The position numbers were made by a program, and so were the translations under genes. 64,000 bases of DNA, taken from NCBI GenBank assembly GCA_030248215.1, contig JASANG010003984.1:124001-188000 (forward strand), given 5' to 3'. This DNA is from Enoplolaimus lenunculus. Lineage: Eukaryota. Below are positions 37,718 through 52,014 of the stretch, piece by piece; position 1 is the first letter of the stretch, and the number at the start of each line of letters is the position of its first letter. A model generated the notes under the pieces. That model had not been told where the DNA came from. It was given only the letters and a program-made list of their open reading frames with translations, and ran no database searches.

Positions 37718-38149
37718 CAGGGCTCAACCGGAATTCCTGTTATGGCCGAAATTCCGGCATAAATTCAATTGGTGTTCCTGTTCCTATTCCTGCATTTAAA
37801 AATGCAGGAACCGAAATTTTTTACGGTTTTGTGTCAAATTATTCATAGTCAGTTTAAAAATTTGAAACTTTGTCTTCGAAAATTGACATTTCGAAATGAA
37901 TGTTTTTGCAATTAGTTCAATCTTGTTAATAAACTGTTTTTGATGTGTTTTCGCAAAACTTGAATGTGAAATAGCCCAAAATTTGGTTAAACCATTTTTT
38001 TGGTTAAGTTTTCTGAAAAGTCCAACAGTAATTCGGTGATGAAAATTATTTCAAATTGCGGTCTCTGTTCCTGTTCCGGTTCCTGCAAAGAAATTCAATT
38101 CCCGTTCCTGTTCCTGTTCCCGCAAAACTTAGTCCCTGTTGCAATCCTG
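37718..38149. mobile_element. hAT-like MITE (TTCCTG subterminal repeats)
   Basis: CAGG..CCTG termini, perfect TSD ATGCATAT. Confidence 0.85.
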
Positions 38150-41100
38150 ATGCATATATAATATATATATTACGGGATCGACCGGATATTAATTTTACCG
38201 GAAATCGGACTTGAGCCTGATAGTGATTTTTGTACCGGAACCGGAGCCGGATGTTAACCGGATATAGAATCTAAATTTGTACACTGTAGGAAGTATTTGA
38301 GTCCTGCAAACATATGTATTTATGGATTTAAGATTTAACTGTTGGTGTGGATTTTTCATTCCATTGTCAGTGTCCACTTTGGACTTGGCCGGAATTGTAG
38401 TCGCTGGAAAACACCTAGCATTTCAAAGTGTATAAAAAGCAGTTTTATAATATTTGGAACCGCAACCGCAAATATCCGGTATCTGGTAGATTTATACCGG
38501 ATGTCGGTTTTTGCCAGATATTAAACTAGAAACGGATATACGGTCGAACCCTGTTATATATCAGCAGTTTTTCAAGGATATCACGTCGGAAACATATAAC
38601 CTTATGTGAATAGTGCTTGCGAACGAACACAGCGAACGCTAAATTGTTTGATCTCTAGGACCTAATAGGTTATTCTAAAACAATTGTAAAAGTATTGCTT
38701 TTTTGCCTCTCCAGAAATTTCACTAGGAGGGATATCACACTTATCCCCTTGTATCGGCCAGAAAATTATGATGAGGAACCAGATACATAATAATATTAAT
38801 AATAATAAAAATATTAAAAAATAATAATAATCATAAAATAATAATAATATTATTATTAATAATAATAATAATAATAACAATGAAAAACAGCTGTCGAATG
38901 AAGCGAGCGATACGCCAAGCGCAATTTTTGTCTATCAAATCAAAATAGAAAATTTCGATTTTAATCCATGTTGAAAGGCCAAGGGTGTAAATTGTGCCCT
39001 TGGATCCCCGCCAGTACCCAGTAATTTAAACAATAATTTTGTTCCATAATTTGAATAATATAATGTTTTAGCTGGCTCTCATTAACGAGCATAAGGCTGC
39101 ATTTTGCCGATAAACGTGCGTTTCCAAAACCACAATCAGGCCAGTAGCGAGCTCACCTTGCTAGGGTGGCCTAACCAATTTTCAGGAGGGCATTCAAGGG
39201 TTTTCAATGAGTTACAAGCAAGGTTGAAAATATTCTAGGGGGCGGGGGCCCAAAATTTTTTCAAGAGGGGGGGCTGAGCCCCCCTGGCCCCCCATGGCTA
39301 CGAAGCCGACCACAATTAGCATTTTTAAGCCAAAACCTGACTATCTTTTCTAGTTATAGGCGAAGATACCGTGAAATCGACTACTAATGAAGTATTGATT
39401 AGGCTCGGTGATGATATTTAACCAGCTTGCAGTAAAGCTATTTATGGCTTAGGCTTAGCATAGTAGGCACACTTGCTATGCAGAATAACCTACGGTCTCA
39501 AATCAGGTTTTAATACAAAAAGGGTAACCAGCGGTAGGCCCATGGTAAAGACAGCCACACTGGATGACTTAGAGACAGGTTGATTTAGGGTTGTGCTATA
39601 TGACGCGTGCGTGGGTATATTTTACCCACGGATCTGGCCGAAGCCGACACAAGTGATTTTCGCATACCGATAACACAGCGAGCGCAGTGAATTCAGTAGG
39701 ATAATTGCAAAATCGGTATATAAGTGTTTGAAGACACCAAGAAAAGCTATAGGGGTTCACAGGATGTTGACGAAGAGTTAAGCGTTACGTTGTCGAAAAA
39801 TGTATAAAAAAGGGATGCTTGTATTAGAAACTGAACAAGTACCGTTAAACTGTTTTATAAAAATTCCAAAGGGGTGTCCCCTCAATTCCCCCCTACGCCC
39901 CCCTAAACCAATCGACTGTTACTGTTATCCCATTACATAAATGAAAAATAGTGTCGTTAGGGCGAAATCACATATATTTTGGACGTTATTGCACTTAAGC
40001 TGATTAAAATTGCATAGTTTGGCTGACTGCATAAAATTGCAATTAATTCATAAGTTTTCAGCAATATTGCCAGACCTTAGCAGGCACATATGTTTTGTAC
40101 GGTAAAAAGTTAAAATTTCAAGGGTCATAACTTTTGAACCAGGAACGTCGCACATTTAAAGAAAACACTGCTCAAGTCAGCGCGTCGAAATCTAAGCCAC
40201 GATACATTAAATTACCCGACAGGTCCATTAGTTCCAAATAGCCACAAGACGTCAGAGACGTCTTGAACTCGAGTGTCCCCAGCTCTTACAGCTGAACGGT
40301 CAAAGCTTAAACACGAAACGCCTAGAGACCGGCAGTTCAAATTTCAGGCGTGTGATGAAATAGAAAATATTCACGCAGGACAAGGATACGTATGAGAAAG
40401 TGGGAGCAAGATCCTTGTGAGACTTTCCATAGATCCGCCACAGTAATCCATTAAAAGCCGAAAGATTTATCTTTACGCTCAGAGCAAACCTAAATGCGAA
40501 ACCTAAGACTGATTGGAAAAATAACACGAAATATTTGCCTGTTCAAAAATGAAAACTTTCTCAAGTTCAAAAGTATTAACAACGCCTTTGCTGTACATTG
40601 ACAGCGTTCAGGTGTCGATGGTAGTGCCAAGGTGTACCATCTACGCCCAATGGCTAGAATTATGAATTAAATTCATGTGAAAATATTTAAAGGTTAAACC
40701 AACGAAAACAAAGAACCAACTCAAAATTTTAAGTGAACGCTTTGGGATATGAAACGAAACGATTTTAGTTCACATTTACAAGACTGTTTAAAGATCTGCG
40801 TATGAATACACGCCCATACTTTCTACAAGCTTAAACGTAAATTACAGCTTAACTAAACTTGAATATTAGTTTAATTAAAACTTAAATCGCTGGATAGACA
40901 AACTAACGGAGAATTGATATAGTTTACGTTAAACTAACGTATTTTCAAGTTTATTACGAGTTTAAGCTAAATTTATTTTTAATTTAAGATATAAGTGCTG
41001 CACAGAAACAATTGCAGTGTTTAGAATTCGATTAATTTAAACTAAAAATATACCAGGTTTCAAACGAGCTTAAATCTAGAAAGTTACTTTAATACTGACA

Positions 41101-41953
41101 GATTAGCTTAAGCTTAAACCGAGTTAGTTTAAGCCTTTCGAGATAATGGTGAGCCGAAAACTGGGGGTGGGGTGAGTTTTTCAAAAAAAACGAAACTAAT
41201 TTTCATAAATGTAAATATTTTTAAAAAAATGCAGTTTGTAATGAAAACATTGCAAAATAATTGCAAGCTGAATATTATCTGCTAAAGGCCAAATTAAGTT
41301 TATTAACATTTTGCGTGCAAGTGTCTTAGACACGTGTGCAGATTCGTTAACATCGCGATTGCTAAAATTTAAATATTTACTGAGCATAAAATCCACTTGA
41401 TTCTTGAAATTTTCTAAACCATCATGATGTTAGAATTCGTTCAACTGACAATTTCAAAATCAAGCTTGCAGACAACACTTATACTATGCTAAAGATATAT
41501 TTATTCTCAACTTTAATCTAACCAAATGGAGACAAAATTAGAATTCGCCTATAGGTTATCTACAGAAATAGCAACAATATTTAAACTTTAGGTTTATGGG
41601 TATAAAACGAACCTAATATTTTGGTTTGAGAGTGGCCACAATTAGCGAATCCAGAGGAAAGCAGGGGGGGGGGGCGTACGCACCCTGTCAGAAGATTTTT
41701 TGTGATAAAATGGTAAGGTTCATACCTTAGTGTTTTTTTCACCTCAGAAAATTTTCACATAGATTGCATACAGTAAAAATTGCGTTGCATAACGTTTGCC
41801 AGCCCATCCATCACGTCAGAAAGTGCTCAACCCGCCAATGAGACGGCCACGCCATTAAAATAAATTTGATTGGTTGAAAAAGCAAACACTGTAAGTAGTC
41901 AATTGCCTACTAACCAATAGGCGAAATCCCCGTTAAAATCAAGCTTGACTTAC

Positions 41954-42028
41954 CTCATTTGAAGGCATCGTAACCACCGATACGTTATTGACCATCAAAA
42001 TTTGATCACCAATTTTCAGTTGGTTTTC
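41954..42028 (-). CDS. mpz-1: Multi-PDZ protein exon
   Basis: ENQLKIGDQILMVNNVSVVTMPSNE. TTTTAG acceptor, GTAAGT donor. Confidence 0.9.
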
Positions 42029-42371
42029 CTAAAACAAAAAACATTTTAAAAATGTTACATTTTTGTAAAAATTTCTATCGCATTTGAGAAAAATTATTTG
42101 TCTTTACTGGTCAAAAGTTTGGTTTCACTCTACTTTTTAATTAAATTTAATTCCGAAACGATTCAAGCTCGGCTCTCGTTAAATGAACAAAAAGCTGGCT
42201 GAATCGATTTTCGAATTTATTCAAGTAGTAAAATCAAAATTTTATATTACGATTTAGTATTAAAACTGCGTTTCGCATCTCGCTCGATTCGTTCGCGAGA
42301 GGTTTTACCACTATATATACATACATACATACATAACGTAAACAAACATATACATACATATATAAGCTTAC

Positions 42372-42473
42372 CTGAGCAGTTACCGAATGCTCGGCAATAT
42401 GAGTGACGAAAATACCTTTCAAATTGTCGGTCGTGGTTCCTTCGGTCAGCGTAATGCCAAACCCAGTTGGACC
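42372..42473 (-). CDS. mpz-1: Multi-PDZ protein exon
   Basis: GPTGFGITLTEG..KGIFVTHIAEHSVTAQ with a GLGF-type loop. GTAAGC donor. Confidence 0.9.
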
Positions 42474-42646
42474 CTAAAAAATTAAAAAAAATAACTTCAG
42501 ATATTAAATATAAACCGTAAGGCGGTAAAAAATGGTAATTTTTCCTTTATTCTCAAACTGTTACTCACGAATAGTACCCGGGCCCGTAGCCAGAGCGGAC
42601 CCATGATGGGCTAAGATCCAAAAGAAAAAAATTTTCCGTAACGAAC

Positions 42647-42778
42647 CTTGCGAACAACGACATTTCTTGTATTTGGTTTTCCGCTGCTACGAACGACTAC
42701 ATTTGAAAGCGTCGCTGATGCCGATCCTGGACTCATTGGATGAGTAGATGTATCGTTAAATGACTGAACAGACGATCT
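42647..42778 (-). CDS. mpz-1: Multi-PDZ protein exon (linker, PDZ beta-A)
   Basis: TTTCAG acceptor. RSSVQSFND..NTRNVVVRK. Donor GTTCGT, phase 0 into the next exon. Confidence 0.8.
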
Positions 42779-44276
42779 CTGAAACAAAAAAAAACAAAAA
42801 TAAATCAACAATAAATAAAACAAAAATAATTACAGCAAATAACAAGTCAAAAATGATCCCTATTAAAATCTTATGAACGGGAGCGTAGCCAAGAGGGACA
42901 GGTGGGTCTCAGCTTCTCCGCTAAACTTTTAGCCCCCCCCCTAGAAAGTTTTCAGCCTAGCTGGTAAGTTATTGAACACCCTTGTATACCCCTTCTGAAA
43001 AAAATTTTTACCTCCCCCTAGCAAAGTGAGCGGACTACGGGTCTGCAGGTGATTAGCATCACATTTAACAATATTGTCTAGCTATTTTGGCCCATGTTAC
43101 TTATGGACGCTTGCCAACTGAAAAACAGCAAAACTGGGCATTTGGAAACTTGGAGGCGTACGTTTCGGCTAATGCTTATATGTTATGCTACGTTTAGGCT
43201 TTAGGCTTAGATTTAGGCATACGCTTTGTGGATAAGCTGTTATAGTTAACATTGAAACCTAATATTTTCGTCGTCTTCACACCTTTTTAGCAGTAAAATA
43301 TACCGCAGGAATATCGTAACCCAACAGTAAATGGCACCTTCGTATGCTGCCAACCGAAGTGGCACGGCGCCGTGGCATACTCCAGTTACACTTTACTGAT
43401 AATTCATAATAGTCAGCTTCTACATGTACCAGTAAAAAACTTTTCCTTAAAAAATATACAAAAAACACAAAATGCCTCTGGAATTTAAGAAAAGTCAACC
43501 CCTTGTTATTCGATTACGGACTGACTATTTGTTATATGATTTAAATACATTAGTCAACGTGGTTGCAAATTTGCATCCCTAAAACATTTAAAAATTCGTA
43601 CCGAAACTATTTATTCTCAAAGATGCGCAGTACTTTTTGTTTACATTTCGGTTTCGGTTGTTAATTCTTAGCTACACTGTGTACATTGAGTTTGAAATGA
43701 ATGCGTTCTCTCTTGTTTATATATGCAACATTCATTACAACAATCGCAGCCCAAAATACGTATGTGGGGCGTTCCAGCTTTAATAATATCGATTAGTTGT
43801 TAGGAATATACTTTTAGAACTCGAGTATACTGCTATGAATATAGGTTATACATTTTGAGTAATCAAATTCCGTACTGAACTTTACTTGTACCGTCAATTA
43901 TGTAAGCAATCTAATTAGGATAATTGTCATTTATGGTCTGTAATTAGGAATTCTGGATTCTATCCGTTGACGGACTCTAATCACGGATAGAAACTCTTAT
44001 TGATTAGCACTCAAAATAAAAGCCCCCGAACTCTAATTTCCACCCTCGTAAATCGGGTCGCTACGTGCCTAAAGATTCACTTATCACCTTACGGAGTGTT
44101 ATTACAAATTTTAAAAAAAAACGCCAAACTGTGGTAGAATTACTGTCAAAGGTAAATGAATAACAACATATCTTTTTAAAAATATATTAACATACTGTGT
44201 TTAATAGAAAAATATTTGACTAAATACGTTGTAAGACTCAGTCATAAATCTCTTTTTGTTTTAAAAAGTAAACAAC

Positions 44277-44277
<1 letters not shown>

Positions 44278-44324
<47 letters not shown>

Positions 44325-44325
44325 C
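44278..44325. repeat. (CAA)n microsatellite
   Basis: Direct reading. Confidence 0.95.
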
Positions 44326-47256
44326 TAAAATACTTAGGTAATACGCACTCTGCATCTTGTTACCCGTCACGATAACTAAGTCAAAACCGCAAAGTTCAGG
44401 TTGATGCTACGTTTGGTTTAGGCTTAGGCCTAGGCTTAAATGTTAAGTGTATTGATCCAGAAAGCTGTTTTGAAGCGTGGTGTTGTTGTTTCTTGTTTCT
44501 CCAAAAATTTCAGGCGAGAATATTTTATTTATCCGTTCACTTGCATACGCCATCGTACCATCAACTACATCAATAACCCTGTTGTGCCGTTGCCAAAGGT
44601 CCGACACTGCACTCCAAATATAATAACTTTCTGACAGGTAGGTGAGCGCTGACAAAAGTAATGAAACGCAAGTTTTACTGTATACTAGCCGTGTTAATTT
44701 TTGTCAGGCGAAAATAGTAAGACAGCAACATTATCATTTTACCACGAAAAATTTCCAATGGGACCGTAGGGACCTTATTATTTTATCAAAAAAATTTTCT
44801 AACGAAGGTGTGGCATGTGCCCCCAAGTAACCACCCACCGCCTTACTCCGGAACCGCTGGTGACTAGAAATATAATGTAGCAGATTCAGTGCACGTTCTA
44901 TAGCGAACATTTTCTAAGCTTGTCAAAAAAGCGTCTAAAACGAATCAAAAAATATATAGTTTTTTCAAAGCGCTTACTTCCATCTTTTAAAATCCGCTTA
45001 TTGTCAAACATTTAAACTCCGCCCTTTTTTCAAACATTTAAACTCCGCCTTTTGTCCGCCTTTTGTCAAACATTTAAACTCCGCCCTTTTTTCAAACATT
45101 TAAACTCCGCCTTTTGTCAAACACCGCCTTGTATACACAATATCACCACCCATCCTTCCTACACAACAATACACTTACATTCTTATTAAGCAAAAGGCTT
45201 ACATCAAAATAACAAGATCAGACACATAGACTGACATAGAAAAGGTATATTTAAATTTAGAAGCAAAGTCTTAATAAGCATGGCCGTACTGAGATAGGGC
45301 TCATCGAAGGCCGCGGGCCTACCTATTCAGGGGTCACTCATTGTTAGGTAGAGACAGCCTTATTGAACCATTGCTAGTAGTTTGTTAATTCGATGTTATC
45401 AATATTTTAGTCGGTTTTTCTTCGCTACCGATTCCCGACAATCTAAATTGTTTGGGTACGCAACTAAAATATATGTGTATATGTATGTATATATGTGTAT
45501 ATATAAGCATTAATAAGCCTTCAGAAGGAATTTTGCGATGAGTCTTGACGTTTTTTCAATATAAAACATATGCCAAACCAATCACAAACGTTAGACTCAG
45601 GGGTGTAGAAAAGATATTTTATTTTTGTGTATTATTTAGGCCCCATTCAGAGCAGAACTTTGCGAGCGAGTGTAGCGAGCGAGAAACATTTTGCTGACAA
45701 CTAAATTTTGATGAGTTTAAAAGTGATTTTTTCATATTTTAACGGGAATATATGATTTCTGCGTACTTCAATTATATGCCGCACTGCTACGGGCCTTCGA
45801 AAATACGTCCTGGTCACACTTTAAAGGTCAAGAAATTAAAATTTTAATTCAATTACCGCCTATGTCGTTAAGTTTTGATCGCAACTCATACGCTTATATG
45901 TCATAGGCTAAACTGCTATTCATGCCAATTACTAAAGAGCTTAGGCCGACCTGCTATTTTATTTAACAGCACTTTGGCCTAAGCTAAACTGCTAATGAAC
46001 TTATACACCAATCAGATTTGAATATTTGGTCATACGCAATACTGTTATTCAATCAGCGCTGATTTTGCATCACACTGTTGTTTTGCAACATCTCACCATC
46101 GTTATTTGGTCTAAGCTAAACTGCTATTTGCTTAGAATAACAGATTGACCTACGCCATTTGGCAATTGCCCTGAGTAGCAGGTTGGCCTACGATATATAT
46201 ACAGATTGTGCAGAGTATATAATAACCCGAAATTGCCGAAAACACGAGAAAAATACACATGTTTATAAGCTTTATAATTCACCTACAGACTATTAAAAGG
46301 TCAAATCGCTAAACATTCCGAATAGAAATTTAGAAAAAGGATGCTTCTAATATATACTCTTAAAAATTAAGATTTATGCTTAAACTAATTGTCGTTAGTT
46401 TAGCTTAACGCTTCTATCGATATTAGCCAAACAGCATAGTTCAGACAAGAAGACTAGACAGAAATTTATACAGTCTAAAGTTTGAATTGTATCAAATAGA
46501 CAGGGTACAAACCGTAGGTGAAAGCAAACAGGAACCGGAACCGGAATGTTAGCAGATTTTGCCGGAGCCAAAGGTTAAACAAACTAAACTGATAAAAAAT
46601 AATGTTGACTTTACCAAATTTTAATGCTATTCTACAAAATGTTGTCAAAAATTGCTTTTTTAAACTATATTTGCATAAATTTACGCAATTATCACTGTCA
46701 ATATTGTCATAAACCTAACAAACGCGTTCAGTGAATTGCAAAATTTGTACAGTCTAAGCCTTAACCATAAATGTGGGTGGAAAGTGTACGAACAAGCAAC
46801 TAATTTTCCTGTTCACACCACTGTTAACAGCTGAACGAAAACAACTGAAATATTAACAATTAAGCTTCAAACTTATATATAATATATAAATAAATCTGGG
46901 TGCAACCGTAATTACCATTTACCAGAACCGGAATTTGAAAAAATTACCGGAAACGGAAAATGAAAAACACATACCACCGAACAATTCATTTTAATTTTCT
47001 TTTTTGCAATATTATTGGTTAAATAACACTAGTTGGGAGATAGGTATTGAATATACAAATTTTATTGTTGTAACAAAGAATGTTAACATAAGCTCGAATG
47101 CTTATTGGATAAAATATGACATTTTGTTGCCTGGTAACTCTATACAATGTTTGCCCTTAAGCTACCTATTTCTGTTACAATTATTTTTTCAAATACAATA
47201 TTTGCTCGATGACCGAATAGGCGAAAACTACCATACGATTTCAGTAAAGCAGCTTA

Positions 47257-47334
47257 AAATTGAACCCCAGCGTTGGATTTATTACAAGATCATTGGTTTG
47301 TAAGTCAGTAACTCTATCGCTGCACCACGATGCT
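47257..47334 (-). pseudogene. Degenerate tRNA-derived fragment
   Basis: Minus strand TGGTGCAGCGATAG..CTGACTTACAAA..GGGTTCAATT, i.e. A/B-box-like. Confidence 0.4.
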
Positions 47335-47799
47335 TGCATTTCCAGCTGCATTAAACGCTGACTATGAATGCAGAACACATTGTCGGCATGCATATTGCAA
47401 AGTGCAATGCATTATATAGTTTATGCAAACCGACAAGCATGTTACGCCGGGTAGTGCCAAAGACGGATTACAGGGGGGAACTCACTAACGAGAGTGTTTC
47501 AGCTTGGTCTATATTAATTTTCATTGTTTTCAGCCCTTGGTTATTCAACGAATATTAATAGCTAAACCAGTAACAAACACTATATCATCGGCCAATATTG
47601 CTTTGCCTAAGTTTATGTCTAAGCTTATTAAGGCTCACAGCTGTTGAAGGATAAGCCTAAACTTAAGCCAATTCAACTATAAAATAATTTTAATTCCAAG
47701 CGTAAGGAACGAGAATAACAATTCAAAAGGCCAAGTATACTCTATTGCAGTCGCGTTAAAAAATAAGATGCCCCCAAAACTAAGGGTGGTGCTATACAT

Positions 47800-47946
47800 T
47801 TGAGGACGTCCGGCGCCGTCCGTCACTGTCCGTCACCGCACGGTATAGGGCACGAACTGCTTAATACGTACAATACCGCATGGTGACAGACAGTGACGGA
47901 CGGCGCTCGACGGCACTGGACAGAGTCGCACGACAAGTATACCGCC
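47800..47946. mobile_element. GC-rich palindromic MITE-like hairpin
   Basis: CGCCGTCCGTCACTGTCCGTCACC..CGGTAT (47814-47846) pairs with ATACCG..GGTGACAGACAGTGACGGACGGCG (47873-47905). Confidence 0.55.
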
Positions 47947-48059
47947 AACGCAATCCATATTTTCAATCCTTGTTTCCGATTACACAAATTTACTGAATTA
48001 AAACTTTCAACTCGCTACTGTCTAAAGCCGAAGCCTACTCTATAATAATAATTGGTGTG

Positions 48060-48307
48060 CTGTGAGAAAACCGGAAATAATTGTTAGCCTGTGGGAAAAC
48101 CGGAAATAATTGTTAGCCTGTGGGAAAACCGGAAATAATTGTTAGCCTGTGGGAAAACCGGAAATAATTGTTAGCCTGTGGGAAAACCGGAAATAATTGT
48201 TAGCCTGTGGGAAAACCGGAAATAATTGTTAGCCTGTGGGAAAACCGGAAATAATTGTTAGCCTGTGGGAAAACCGGAAACAATTGTTAGCCTGTGAGAA
48301 AACCGGA
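48060..48307. repeat. 29-bp minisatellite, ~8.5 near-identical copies
   Basis: Unit GGAAAACCGGAAATAATTGTTAGCCTGTG. Confidence 0.95.
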
Positions 48308-48366
48308 AGCCGTCAATAGTAACATGGATCATACGTTCGATTCCACTCGCTTCGATATTAACTTAC

Positions 48367-48595
48367 ATTTTCATGTTCAAATCTTTCCGTTGCGTTGCGT
48401 TGTTCCGGTTTATGGCACGACGGTGGTACCATCGCAGCAGCAGCAGCAGCAGTGAGAGATCCGCCGGATACTTTCGTTTTTTGGGGCCCAATTTGTGTTC
48501 CAGCGGAAAACCCGGAACCAACTTCGCCGGGAGGTGACATCGGACTGACTTTGGTCAACGGTCTGACGGCGATTTCGTCTAGCGCTGAAGGTCGT
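48367..48595 (-). CDS. mpz-1: Multi-PDZ protein exon (linker)
   Basis: TTTCAG acceptor in phase 2 after a ~10 kb intron. RPSALDEIAVRP..ERFEHEN. GTAAGT donor. Confidence 0.85.
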
Positions 48596-51500
48596 CTGAA
48601 ACCAACAAAAATAAAGCAGGTTCAAAATTGTAGTATTTATAGCAGAGGCGCCCCGAAGCCGGAATGTTGACCGGAAACCGGGGCCGTGACCGGTACCAAC
48701 CCGGAGCCAACAGAATGTTTTGTAAAAGTATACTTGGTGTTGTCAATATAGCAGGCCCGTAGTCAGCTCACCTTACTAGAGGCGGTTAAAAATTTTTAAG
48801 GAGGGGCATTCAAGGGTTTTCAATGAGTTACAAGCAAGGTTGTGTTATTCAGCTGTTCCAAGACGCATTGCGTGTTGTAAATTTTGCACTAAAACTTCGA
48901 CCCGGTATCACCCTGGCAAATCAGGCGTTGGTCCCAGTCCCGGTCATGGGACCCGGGACTAGGTCCCGACTAACTTCGCCCCAGTTTGACCCTGGCAAAT
49001 CAGGCGTTGGCCCCAGTCCCGGTCCTGGACCCGGGACTAGGACCCGAGACATCTCTAGTATATAGTTACTTACATGAAAATACATAGAGTACGTTTCAAA
49101 AGTTAAGAATAACTTAAAAATGAGATTTTAAATTTAAGAAAAAACGAATTTAACTAAATTATTGTAAAAATTAAAATTTCACCGGAAGAAACGTGGGAAA
49201 ATTAATACTCGCTTTTCAGACTCGTTTAGTCAAAATTATGTAATATCTCAAACTGCAGAAGTGATACGCACAGATTTATAGGCTTACGCCCATATTTTCA
49301 AATGTGAATAGCACCTATCATCAGTTAGTAATAGGTTTTCATACTCACTAACTACTGCAGATGTTGAATTCAAAATTAATACATGCGCAGAGCAAATCAT
49401 ATGCGAAAAATGTGCTAAATTTTGAGCCTCAGCATTCACTGATTCGAAAGCTATAAGACCTATCACCAACTGGTGAGTGGTGCTACACATATTTGAGAAT
49501 ACAAGCCTTAGGCTTAGGCACAAACAAACCGTCGAAATCGGGTCAAAATCAACGTATCTGAGGTCCGCCTTGGGGTCGTAAACCGGTCGATGGATGTAAA
49601 CATCACTGACTGAGCGGTGCCGGTGCCAAGGCTGACCAGGTCTACGTCACGCTGTTGTTTACTATCAGTAAGTAGCAGCGGTTGATAACTGGCACGATTT
49701 TTGGTGAATCGGCAAAATTTTGGCATTATTTTAACTGCTAAAGCAACTTAAAATGATTCTTGGCCAATCACAACAATTCGTCGCCCGACAGCTTGCAAAT
49801 CCGAACCGACATCGACTCGTCAATGAGTCGTTGATCTATATTGTCACGCTTAGAATTACTCTTAGAATTACGTTCAGGATTTCGTTTGCAATGTTATTCA
49901 TAGGATTTTTAGGGCGTTGTCGAGCGACAAGTTGTTGTCAGGCGACGAATTGTCGTAGATTCTTCAAAAAATTACTACTACAGCAGGCCGTTAAAAAGTT
50001 TACAAAACATAATTCCAGTTGTATTTTCTGATTTATTTGAATTTTTTGTTTCCAAAAAAAATTTCAAAACAAATTTCAGTATTTCAAAATAGACAAGACA
50101 ACGTTCAACACAAGAGACAGCGGTACGAGGATGCGGCAGACCGAAACAAAAAAATAACAGCGATAATCCGTATTACACGAGACAGTTGCGGTCGTAAAAA
50201 TATTATGAAAATTGCGAAATTTCTACGAAAAATCTTCAATCGATTGAAAAAAAGTGGTTTTGAGAAGTGAACTTGAGTTGTAAAACGGGAAAATCTTTAG
50301 AAAAAAACGACGCCCATCGGGTGTCCAGCCAAGGGGGAGAGGTCAGGGGGCTCAGCCCCTCCTGGAAAAATTTTGGCCCTGCTAATAGCTAATTTGCATA
50401 TTAGCTTAATTAGTTAAGCCTAAATTAGGACTTTTATATTATTTCACTGATTATTAGTGTTATAAGCAATCAAATTTAGTTCTAATAAATTTTGGGGTGC
50501 GAGAAACCTGAATAAATTGTTTACAAGCCTTCAAAGCCGATACTTGAATAGTTAGTTAATAGCTAATTTGCTATTAGCTTAATTAGTTAAGCCTAAAATA
50601 GGACTTTTGAATTATTAGTGTTATAAACAATCAAATTCAGTGCTAAATGGTTTCTGGGTGCGAGAAATCTGAATAAATTGTTTACAAACCTTCAAAACTG
50701 ATCAGTGAACAGTCAAATAAAGTTGGTCAAACTATCTGTTTGTGTTTCAACAGTTTGGAATACTATAGTAGACTGATTAAAAAGTAAGCATGTCCGAGCT
50801 TCGCTCAATCCAAGTAGTTCTACTACGACTGGTCTGTGGTAAAATTGTTCCGGGGGGGGGGCTGATCCCACCTGACGTCCATCAGGGTACGGGTCTATAA
50901 CCACCAAGTTTGAGAACAAGTCATACACGGTAAACTGAACGGGACTACCAGCCATGCTATTTGGGGCTTAAAAACTATAACTCCTTAAAAACATTTTTTT
51001 ACGCATCCAAAATTCCAAAACATTAATTCACAAATAAAAAGCGATACAACTGCAAAAACGTGCGCTTGTCAACAAATAATTATGTAATTACAATTTTCAA
51101 GTAAAGAAATATTACCATTTTCAAGCCCGTGGCTTAGAAACGGCCCTAAAAAGCTAAACTAAGATCGTGTAGGCCATCTAGAAACGTTTTTTATTCCCCT
51201 ATGCAAGTTTCGATTTCGTTTATGAATTATGCACACACTGCATGCTGCATTCTGTTTTTTTTCACGGTTTGCGATATACTAATCAGGCTACTGGTCCATA
51301 CAAATGACAATTTAATTCTATTTAATCTTGAGCAACCGCAACAACGAATCTCATTGACGAATCTGCGACAATTCGCCGACCAACAATGTCACATAGCCTT
51401 TGAATCAATCTAAGCATAATTCTAAGTGTAATCGTAAGCCTACGCCTAAGCATAGTGATGGATAAAAGAAATGTCGAGTCGATGAAACTTCGGATTTAAA

Positions 51501-51603
51501 ACGAGTCGGTTGACAAGTGTGTCAGCCGACGAATTGTCGTGACGCCTACATTGATGATACTTTTATTAAACAGAGTTTTGAATTTTCAGCGATAACCAGT
51601 GAC

Positions 51604-52014
51604 TGGGGTGCAACCGGAATTACAATTTACGGAACCGGAATTTGAAAAAATTACCGGAAACGGAAAATGAAAAATACATGCCACATTAAATTCATTTTAA
51701 TTTTTGTTTTCGCAATATTATTGGTAAAACAACCCTTGTTGGAGATAGGTATTCGCTGTATCTCGTGTATTTTAGATTTTCATAATCCACGAAAGCGAAA
51801 TCCACCTTCGACGGTATATTTTTGCGCTATTGTCAAGGTTTGCATACTACGTATACTAATAAAATCTAATTTTTATCGTCATTTTTTAATAAAATATCTT
51901 AATCTCTACCGAGCAAATTTTAATACCAGACTTTTTAATTCCTTTAAAAAATTTACCGGAAGCGGAAGGTGATAATACGCCATAAACCGGAACCGCAATT
52001 GAGGTCGCATTCTA
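51604..52014. mobile_element. hAT-like MITE related to 2387-2795 (inverted)
   Basis: Starts GGGTGCAACCGGAATTAC. TSD CCAGTGAC/TCAGTGAC. Confidence 0.75.

Noticed and set aside
48060..48307. CRISPR-like 29-bp repeats
   Set aside because: The units are directly adjacent with no unique spacers, there are no cas genes, and the context is a eukaryotic intron.
50898..50918. SL1 spliced-leader-like CCAAGTTTGAG
   Set aside because: Only the 3' half matches. There is no GGTTTAATTA, no following GT donor and no Sm site.
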